Positions 51,111 through 59,063 of a stretch of DNA of 64,000 nt are shown here, piece after piece. Within the stretch, counting starts at the first letter, position 1. Each line of letters opens with the position of its first letter. The notes under the pieces were generated by a model, which did no database searches, was not told the DNA's origin, and saw only the letters and a list, made by a program, of their open reading frames with translations. The stretch spans positions 24,001-88,000 of the forward strand of contig CBFFSA010000035.1 in NCBI GenBank assembly GCA_965644495.1, given 5' to 3'. The DNA is from Perkinsela sp. CCAP 1560/9 (taxonomy: Eukaryota > Protista > Euglenozoa: Kinetoplastea). The translations under genes and the position numbers were made by a program.

Positions 51111-54100
51111 GTTGACTTTTTTTTATTATCTCTCTCACGGATTATGCAGCAGCGAGTGCTTGTCATCCACAGTGGAACTGTGCAGGATAATGACTCAGTC
51201 GTCACCTTCGGTTCGGCGAAAGAGCAGGTGTGTGATACGGAACAAAAATCTGTTTCGCAACCGCGCACGCGAAGAGGTGGACCCATCACAGTACAAACTT
51301 TGGACGACATTGGTTTTGGAAAACGTAAGAAAAAGCATCGCCGGCCAGTGTGGCGTCCGCTCGACCTTGATCCAACTAAAGAGGGAAATTCCACCAGTTC
51401 TGACAGTGAGAAACGTGAAATGCCACGCAAAGTGTCCAGGAGCCGCGTTCCGGATTCGCCGCAACCCAAAAGCTTGGGAAAAGCAGAGAAGCCGAGTGCG
51501 AAAACGAAAAGCCAAAATAAAGGGCAAAAAGGCGAGATTATGGGGAAGGAGGGCGTGCAAAAGAAGGATCAACACTCATTCGAGAGCAAGAGTCTACAAA
51601 GTCCACCTCCCCCAGTAAATATACAAGACAACTGGACGAAACAAGGACGGGACGTTTCCAAACAAGAAAACAATGAAATATCCGAATCCAAGCACCAGAC
51701 GCCCTCGACTGTGAAGGGACACAATCCACGAGAACGTGCGCCAGTTGAACACCTTGTACCTCAAGAACGCGATTCAGACATAGAGGCCGATGCTGAGTAC
51801 TGTGACTCGTCGGAAGATAACGAAAATGCAGGAAACTCGCCCATAGCTCCCGACCATGTTCTTCGGAAAATCTCGGATTGGGGTAAAGGAACGACGTGTG
51901 CAGTACGGTGGTGTTTTCGAAACTCTCAGAATCGAATCTACGAATCGATTGGTGAAGTTGTTTCCAGAAAACTGCGAAAGAAAGCGTTGAACATCAAAAT
52001 TTCGTACCATCCAGCCCCTGACGAAGCCGGGCCCTCTGGAAATCTTTATCTTCCCCAGTCGACGAAAATCAAGGTTTTCGGCATCCGAGCAACTCATCTA
52101 CGCCGTGTTCCAGATTGTGAAGTTTCAACGACGATATGCGCGGCAGAAGATGCGGACGACACAGATCACGGGTGTGACCTAGAGCCTTTGCCTTCTTTCT
52201 CCCAGATCGATCCGACGTTTTTTGTGCATGTGGTAGCTATTTTCCGTTCGATCATAAGAGACTATCCGAGACTTAAACTATCCTCAGAAAAAGATGCATT
52301 ATGGCAAAAATTCCTCAACGCCCCACGAGACTCACTAGTAAGCGTGCGGAAAGCTATCCAAAGACTGGAAAGCATCCCGCATAGCCATAAGAGCGCCAAT
52401 GCCAAGGAAAATGTATTTTTATCCAAAGAGGAGGTAAAGGAGCTCAAAGTTGACCGCCGCTCAATACGCAACGCTCTCCATGCAGCTCGTGCAGGAAATT
52501 TAAGTAAAGCAACCAGAGTCCTGGACAACGTTTATGTAGACTCCCAACTCAGCGTGGACGAAATAGTGCGAAAATTGAAAGACCTTCATCCCACAGGTGA
52601 TCCACCACCTGCGTCATCAGTAGAATACCCACGGGCTGGCGTAATCGAGATGGACGAGGTTCGCTCAGCGGTAAACAAACTCGCGCATGGAGCAGCCCCA
52701 GGCCCGACGGGATTGAGCGAAAACATCCTCCGCTTACTGGCTGATGGCGTGGTATGTTGTTCAGGTTTGTGCCACATGATTAGAGATGTCATCAACGGAG
52801 AAATAAGCACATCAGTTCGCAACCGTCTGACACGTTGTAGAATCATCGCCTTAGCAAAGCCGAATAACGGGGTAAGACCGATAGCGATGGGTGACACAAT
52901 GCTCAAAATAAGTGGCTCAATCCTGCTGCAACGTCATGAAGACTCGTTGAAAAGGTTCTTCCACCCTATGCAACGTGGTGTCTTAGAAAAAAATGCATGT
53001 GAAGGAATCGTTCACGAGCTTCTTGATGACTACAGCAACGGACACACTATTCTTTCGGTAGATAACACCAACGCATATAACACTGCACAGCGCTCAGCAA
53101 TTGCTCAATCCCTGCAGGCGCACAAAAGTTTCAAGCCGTTTATGCGCATGTTTTATTGCGAATACGGAAATCCCTCGGACCTGCTCTTCTTTGCCAACAA
53201 TCGACTACATTCTATACTTCAGAGCACTTCCGGAGTGCGGCAAGGCTCAGCTCTTTCCTCTCTGTACTTTTGTTCACTAATACAAGGTGCGTTGGTGGAA
53301 GTCTCTGATCTTTTTCCAGAAGTGAAAATTAGAGCATACATGGATGACGTTACATTGTCCTCAAAAAATCGCATCTCACTGGAAGCCGCGTTCTTACATC
53401 TCAGAGAGCTATCCACTGACCTTGGCATGCACATAAATTATTCAAAATCAGAATGGTTCAACGCTGAGAGCAGTAAGAATCGGAACAGTCATCCTGATGC
53501 TCTTCGCTCCCTAGGCGTCACCCATTCTGACAAGACAATCAAAATCCTTGGAGCCTACATCGGGGATCACCAAGAGGTCAGCTCACTTCTGGTCAAAAAA
53601 CTAAAGAAGCACCAATGCCTGTTCCGTAGGCTTCGTCGAATGGGGCCCAGCAACATTTCACTGGCTGTACTGCAACGCTGTGCGCTCCCACGTCATGATT
53701 ATCACCTGCGTGTACACCGTCCAGAAGACTCGCTTTTTATGGCCCAAAAATTTGATGAACAAGTTAATGATATTGTGTCGCACTGGTTCTTTGCTGATCC
53801 TATCTCTATCAAGCTATCGTCACTTCCACAACACCTAGGAGGACTTGGTTTGACACCGTCAACATTAAAACATCGTTTCTTTTTCGACACCGCGCGCAAA
53901 TCGATTGATGAGCGAACACTATCCAATAAAGCTCCGGTAGTTTTGCGCAAATCGAAAGGAGGCATTCCCGATGATAATGGAAGCTCAAGCCGTACAGCCA
54001 AGCATCAGACAGCCAGAATTCAAGCATCAAAAGCTATGAAGACGGAACAAAAACTATTAGCCACCGAGTTACGTAAGGATAGCAGAATAGACTCCATACT

Positions 54101-55064
54101 AAAACGCACAACGACTGCCTTTCGACATCTTCCTTCAACTAGCGGATACGTTAATCCTTACCTTTTCAGATACGCTATCATGTTTAGATTAGGCATCAAA
54201 CCGCCTTCGTTGCCGGATCAAGTGAGTTGCCCTGGATGCGCTGCTCAGATAAAATCAGAGGAAATCCTTCACCACATTGTGGGTTGTACAAAGTGTTCTG
54301 GAATGAACGCTACACGAAAACACTCATCTCTAGTGCGCTTTCTAGCCGAACTTTGCTCAAAAGCAGGCCTCCAGTCCGTCATAGAACCTCGCACTTATTC
54401 ATCCTTCTATTGTACCAAGTGCAAGGCACACGTCTCCGCTGATGCGATTGATAACCATCCGTGCCGCGCACGAAGAATAAGGTCAGGCCCCGACCTCGGA
54501 ATTATGTGGCCCCATATGGGTGAAGTACTTTACGACCTCACAGTTGTCCACACCGGTAGCCCAAGCTATCGAAAAATGACAGAAGCTCAGCTCCTGCAAA
54601 ATGCTATTGAGAGAAAGCAGAAGAAATACGTTGAGAAGGGGGGGATTGATGAAGACTTTTTTCGCTGCATCTCCATGACAGAAGGCGGTTTCTTACACAG
54701 CCATATGAAAAATCTCCTTTCCTGTCTAGCAAAGAAAGCCGAACTTAAAATCCCTGAAGTACTAGAAGCTTTTCAACTTGAGATTGAAAAGCTTAATGCA
54801 TATACAATAGTTGCGTAACTGCGCGATTATCTACCCCGAGCATCGTGGCTGGGTTCACTGCAATCGTAAAGAATCCGTAAAGATTACGAATTGGTTACGA
54901 ATTTTCATTAACTGAAAGAAGAAATGATGTTTTATTTTATTATATTAAAGTTTAAACGTATGCGTCTGGCATACTCCAAATTCCTACAAATGCACCACAA
55001 ATATTTCCATTTACAATCGTTCACGAGCTCTCCCCGTCTAACGTATCCAGATCCGGAAAAAAAA
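51109..55064 (+). mobile_element. CRE-clade non-LTR retrotransposon, family A, copy A2 (apparently full length)
   Basis: RT (GVRPIAMG, GVRQGSALSSLYF, YMDD), LPQHLGGLGL, CPGC..H..C, RSGPD..YDLTV; short A8 at 55057-55064 (3' boundary approximate); satellite sequence on both sides. Confidence 0.9.
51144..54818 (+). CDS. RT-RLE polyprotein, 1,224 aa; terminal TAA probably premature (homologous frame continues to 54869)
   Basis: Uninterrupted ORF with non-LTR RT and RLE motifs; YTIVA*LRDYL aligns with A1 LVVHSQLREHL (CAA>TAA). Confidence 0.9.
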   Translation: MQQRVLVIHSGTVQDNDSVVTFGSAKEQVCDTEQKSVSQPRTRRGGPITVQTLDDIGFGKRKKKHRRPVWRPLDLDPTKEGNSTSSDSEKREMPRKVSRSRVPDSPQPKSLGKAEKPSAKTKSQNKGQKGEIMGKEGVQKKDQHSFESKSLQSPPPPVNIQDNWTKQGRDVSKQENNEISESKHQTPSTVKGHNPRERAPVEHLVPQERDSDIEADAEYCDSSEDNENAGNSPIAPDHVLRKISDWGKGTTCAVRWCFRNSQNRIYESIGEVVSRKLRKKALNIKISYHPAPDEAGPSGNLYLPQSTKIKVFGIRATHLRRVPDCEVSTTICAAEDADDTDHGCDLEPLPSFSQIDPTFFVHVVAIFRSIIRDYPRLKLSSEKDALWQKFLNAPRDSLVSVRKAIQRLESIPHSHKSANAKENVFLSKEEVKELKVDRRSIRNALHAARAGNLSKATRVLDNVYVDSQLSVDEIVRKLKDLHPTGDPPPASSVEYPRAGVIEMDEVRSAVNKLAHGAAPGPTGLSENILRLLADGVVCCSGLCHMIRDVINGEISTSVRNRLTRCRIIALAKPNNGVRPIAMGDTMLKISGSILLQRHEDSLKRFFHPMQRGVLEKNACEGIVHELLDDYSNGHTILSVDNTNAYNTAQRSAIAQSLQAHKSFKPFMRMFYCEYGNPSDLLFFANNRLHSILQSTSGVRQGSALSSLYFCSLIQGALVEVSDLFPEVKIRAYMDDVTLSSKNRISLEAAFLHLRELSTDLGMHINYSKSEWFNAESSKNRNSHPDALRSLGVTHSDKTIKILGAYIGDHQEVSSLLVKKLKKHQCLFRRLRRMGPSNISLAVLQRCALPRHDYHLRVHRPEDSLFMAQKFDEQVNDIVSHWFFADPISIKLSSLPQHLGGLGLTPSTLKHRFFFDTARKSIDERTLSNKAPVVLRKSKGGIPDDNGSSSRTAKHQTARIQASKAMKTEQKLLATELRKDSRIDSILKRTTTAFRHLPSTSGYVNPYLFRYAIMFRLGIKPPSLPDQVSCPGCAAQIKSEEILHHIVGCTKCSGMNATRKHSSLVRFLAELCSKAGLQSVIEPRTYSSFYCTKCKAHVSADAIDNHPCRARRIRSGPDLGIMWPHMGEVLYDLTVVHTGSPSYRKMTEAQLLQNAIERKQKKYVEKGGIDEDFFRCISMTEGGFLHSHMKNLLSCLAKKAELKIPEVLEAFQLEIEKLNAYTIVA

Positions 55065-55075
55065 CAACTAGAAAA

Positions 55076-55167
55076 TAACAAAAGAAAGGGTCTTAACAAA
55101 AGAAAGTTAAGACCCTTTCTTTTGTTAAGCCCCTTTCTTTTGTTAAGACCCTTTCTTTTGTTAAGAC
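55076..55167. repeat. Satellite remnant with a fold-back inversion (~1.7 inverted plus ~3.4 forward units)
   Basis: 55076-55097 is the perfect reverse complement of 55106-55127, with an 8-nt spacer. Confidence 0.95.
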
Positions 55168-55749
55168 TATAAGTATACGTTTAGAAATTTAGGATGATTG
55201 ATATAATGGCCCTTCGGGGCACATAATATTTATATTATGAGATATGTAGAAGTTCACGGAAGGAAATTTAGGAGGGGCTTTATAGTGATGAAAATTGGCC
55301 GACGGGCATTGTACGTTTTATTTATGAATAGTTTCTATAGTGATACATGGAAATAAATATTTTATATATTTTGATAGTAGTCTTCAAGTTTTGCTAAGTA
55401 CTACGAGTTACCCACCCACCGGCCCCCGCCATTTGGCGGCGGAACCGGACGGAAAACCCGTTCACTTAGTATCATCTACAAACAATATAGTTTTTGATTT
55501 TCTCATGATATTTCTAAACAAGCGCTTATTTTTCATAGTTTGATTCGAAGGAAGAATGTACGAAATTGTATATTTCATAGTACGGTTTTCACATCTACAA
55601 GAATTTAAGTAGGTTCTTATTTCAGATTTTAGAAGTTGTATTTCAATGAAGTAGGTGCCCCGACGTGAATTTCATTTGTTTGTTTTGTTTAGAGATTTCA
55701 TTTATTTAGTTTGGTATAGTGACACTCCTTCTCTAACCTTTTTATTGCG
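55167..55749 (+). repeat. Split direct repeat A, left copy
   Basis: 55167-55246 matches 63770-63849 (1 mismatch) and 55674-55749 matches 63850-63925; the 427 bp between them is absent from the right copy; 55689-55754 is also duplicated at 55767-55832. Confidence 0.9.
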
Positions 55750-55828
55750 AATGTTTTTATTGCGAATTAGAGATTTCATTTATTTAGTTTGGTATAGTGA
55801 CACTCCTTCTCTAACCTTTTTATTGCGA

Positions 55829-56882
55829 ATGTCTGGCATTTTGAATACTGTTCGCCGTACGTTGTCAATGGGGAGGCAACAGAGTCCTGTTCGAGAAGAT
55901 CCTTCTTCCCCTAATCCGGTTGACCCAAGTTTGCAGTATGGGGAGCAACGTACCACGCTTAACCCGGAGCAAGTGGCGGCTTTGCTTCGGGGGGGAACAG
56001 GTTCGGAGGCAATGTCGGGGGAAGCTAAGGCGGAATTCGCACAGAAGGTTCAGACTTTGATTGCAAAAGGTTACGACGTGTCGGTAGAGGCGGTTTGGGG
56101 CCATCAAGGCGATGCAGTGCGCGAAACTGTCACTGGGAATGTACGCTTGAAATCGGACGGGTCAGGTACCATGGAAGCTGTGTGGACTGACGATCCCGGA
56201 ATGGCGTACGACTTCCCTTTTCCGGACATCGAGTACTACTCCTTAGAAATTGTTCGAGTACGTGCTAAGATGCCTGGTGGCCGAAAGGCGGACGAGGAAC
56301 CTAAGACTCCTAATGCACCCATTACTGACCCGGCCCGATTCACCGCGAACGACCCCCTCACGTGGGGACCATGGCTGGAGTCCGAGGATGAGCTCCGCGT
56401 CCGGGATCTCATACGTGATTTGCGGGCCCATCCCGAGTTTGGCCTCTTGCTGAATGCACCTCCAATTCGTGAACGGCTGTTTAAAACAGTACAGGAGTGG
56501 ATCCAGGCAGCCCGAATCTATCCTTTCTGGCGCGAAGAACATTTCATGGAAATCGTACGTACGGCAATTGAAGAACTTCGGAATAATTATTGGGCCTAAT
56601 CTGGAATTCAGGTAGAGCGCGTTCAGTTAAAACTGCACATGACGAATTGACTTTCATGACGAAACGAAGGACGCGTACTCCAAGGCAGTTGCAGAAGAAA
56701 AGCTATGGAACATGACGGTATCTAAACAATCGACGAATCGCCCGGCCTTTCTCTGCTACCGCTGCCACAAACCAGGTCATTTCCGAGCGAACTGCCCGTT
56801 AAATCAATCGTCTACTCGCTTGACCCCGGGTTTTCGCGGAGGGGTGACGAGCGGCACTTCGAGTGCAAAGAGGAGTCACTAG
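55829..56882 (+). pseudogene. gag-like ORF with CX2CX4HX4C zinc knuckle; premature TAA at 56597-56599 and a frameshift near 56645
   Basis: MSGILNT.. start at 55829; downstream frame reads DAYSKAVAEEK..CYRCHKPGHFRANCP..PGFRGG..SH* ending at TAG 56880-56882. Confidence 0.8.
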
Positions 56883-56912
56883 GTAGTGCTCCCCACCCCT
56901 TACATCGCTCGT
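56828..56912 (+). promoter_or_regulatory. Candidate -1 programmed ribosomal frameshift: G GGT TTT plus downstream pseudoknot
   Basis: Heptamer phased in the gag frame; -1 frame open from here to 58390; 56840-46 pairs with 56894-900 and 56847-53 pairs with 56906-12 (crossing stems). Confidence 0.65.
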
Positions 56913-58034
56913 GCCTGTCCGCTGAAAAAGCGGCGGGTGATTTGTCCAGGTCTATCATTCAGCTCATATTTGCACTCTGCAGGGAAGGTGCATGCCTTTG
57001 TGGCATGTCACGGAACGGGACTGCAGAAGCCACAGCATCGGGTGGCGGAAGTAAGGACGTACTCAAGGGCGGGTCAGGCCAAACGATCTCTAGCAGTATA
57101 TCCCGCCGGAAACAAAATCAGGAAACTGGACGTGCAGTCTGCCCAGGACAAGCTCACATGCACAATTTTGAATCTACCAAGTACGAGCCCGCTAGCACAC
57201 CAAATGAGAACCGCGATAAATCCCATGTGGACGAATGCTACTTGGCTCTCAAGGGCACGACTGTGGGGAAGGCTCGAACTTTTTTGTCGGGAAAGAGGGG
57301 TACCACCAGATCCAATACACGCCGTTTTGTTCCTTCAGCAAATGGATCTGGCACCCGCGCCACTGTTGAGCTACACTCGCAATCTTCAAACCGTATTTCA
57401 GCTGAGTCAAACCGATCCTACCCCTCTCAAAATGTTTGCAAAAGCTCTACAGGCAAGAGGCGCTCTCGAACCAACGCGTCAGATGGAGCCAATCACTCCG
57501 TGGCAACTACGCCGGCTAAGGACAAAATTATCGTTAAGCGAAGGGATCGCCGCGTTGATCTGTTGGAAGGCCGCAGCCAGATGGACAGAAGTCGCAGAAC
57601 TAACCCTCGAAAGATTCGTGCGAAATCAACCGAACGAAGTCATAGTCTATTGGGGACGGAACAACAAATCGACTCGTCTCAACCCGTACCGCTTATCGAT
57701 GTGCACAGCCATACAAGGGGAAGGAACTCTAGAGATTGCGGAATACGTCCGGTTTATGAGGAAGGGTCAGCAGGTGACAAGCACAACGGTTCGGGAAATG
57801 GACGTGAAAATGAAGAAAATTCTGGGCCCCGGCTACGGGACACACTCCCTGAAGCGGGGCGCGATAACGTATCTCTTCAACGAGGTGGCGCTCGGACGCG
57901 TCGCTCTCTCAGACGTGCAAAACATAGCCAAACATCAATGCATCAACTCCCTATTACGATACAACGGGAACCTGATAACAACGGCAAAGGCGCTCGGTAC
58001 GCAGCGAGCTTCGGTTCTCCTACCAACCCTATAA
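56886..58034 (+). CDS. Tyrosine recombinase (true start uncertain)
   Basis: AAARWTEV (R), NNKS (K), HSLKRG (HxxR), AKH (H), LLRY (Y) in canonical order. Confidence 0.9.
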   Translation: MLPTPYIARACPLKKRRVICPGLSFSSYLHSAGKVHAFVACHGTGLQKPQHRVAEVRTYSRAGQAKRSLAVYPAGNKIRKLDVQSAQDKLTCTILNLPSTSPLAHQMRTAINPMWTNATWLSRARLWGRLELFCRERGVPPDPIHAVLFLQQMDLAPAPLLSYTRNLQTVFQLSQTDPTPLKMFAKALQARGALEPTRQMEPITPWQLRRLRTKLSLSEGIAALICWKAAARWTEVAELTLERFVRNQPNEVIVYWGRNNKSTRLNPYRLSMCTAIQGEGTLEIAEYVRFMRKGQQVTSTTVREMDVKMKKILGPGYGTHSLKRGAITYLFNEVALGRVALSDVQNIAKHQCINSLLRYNGNLITTAKALGTQRASVLLPTL

Positions 58035-59040
58035 CTCAAGAGGATGTCAACCTTTGTTTCGATCAAATACCGCACGTTAGGCGATACAGTGTTATTTGCG
58101 CGCGGCGCACTTCCCGTCTTGCACGTCCCGAAGACATGAACCTCCCCCTACACGTTAAGGCTGGAATACCCGTAATGGACGTGCAGAAAGTGAAGACTTG
58201 GATGTCCCCTGGTGCGCTTCACCGCCTGGAAACCGTGATGAGACACTTATTTGACACGCGACTTGCAGCGCAGACCGAACCAGCAATCAAAGGTAATCTT
58301 TCGGAAGCTGATGTCGTTGGTTTGCTTGACGCTGGAGTGATTGAAACAGTCGAACAGAAAGAACTCCATCAGCATCCGACTTTACAATAGTAATATTCCT
58401 TTTACCGTAGTTGAATCCGATGAGGAGGGGAACGCCCGGCGCCGATTCATATCCTGGACCAAGGACGACAATATCAGATTAAAGGACTATAAGCCCGACG
58501 TTTCTTTATTGCACCCTTCTTGGTATCTGCATAAGGCTGAGGAAGAAGCAGGCGTTAAGCGCGACTTACGTTGCGGGTTCTACCAAATCGGAGTTCCGCG
58601 CGCGGCACGTGCCAAATTTCGTTTTCGTGACCAAGATGGAGTCTTGCACCAGATGAAAGTTATGCCCATGGGGCACCGATGCGCCCCGGAAATTATGCAC
58701 AAACTGACAGCAGCTATCGCGTGCGACTCTGCTGTATGCAAGCCCACACTGGGCTCCTGTATTGGCTCCGTGGATATTTACATAGACGGTATTCGATTTG
58801 CCGGAACCCGTGAAGAATGCATCAAATTTGTTAAATTTGTTGACGGACGGTGTGCTCAAGTCGGTGGCTTATTTAAGGAGACCGGATCCGACCCTTCCAA
58901 GGAATATGTGTTCAACGGAGTCCTGTACAATCATGAAACCCACAAGGTCAGCCTGGGACCTAGGGTTTTACAAAAAATGTCGCGCGATCGCTATCTTAAC
59001 ATAACGTTTTCTCAACTGGAGACGGCGGTGGGGCGCCTCT
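56942..59040 (+). pseudogene. pol-like RT ORF of the YR element; overlaps YR, frameshifted near 58390, truncated by the B2 insertion
   Basis: LLDAGVIE in one frame, then PFTVVE..RRRFI..DLRCGFYQI..VMPMG..YIDG..LETAVGRL in the next. Confidence 0.82.
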
Positions 59041-59063
59041 TTCCGAGGTACGGGTTACTATCA

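Noticed and set aside
5705-51618. Giant ORFs (VKTLSF)n, (LLRPFL)n, (KRKGLN)n, (LTKERV)n of up to 8,566 aa
   Set aside because: An 18-bp unit without stops in four frames produces these automatically on both strands; starts and ends fall in unrelated flanking elements
260-58390. Stop-codon reassignment suggested by in-frame TGA (260), TAA (54816, 56597) and TAG (58388)
   Set aside because: Stops are isolated, align with CGA/CAA codons where a homolog is available (C>T decay), co-occur with frameshifts, and are absent from >1,200-codon ORFs
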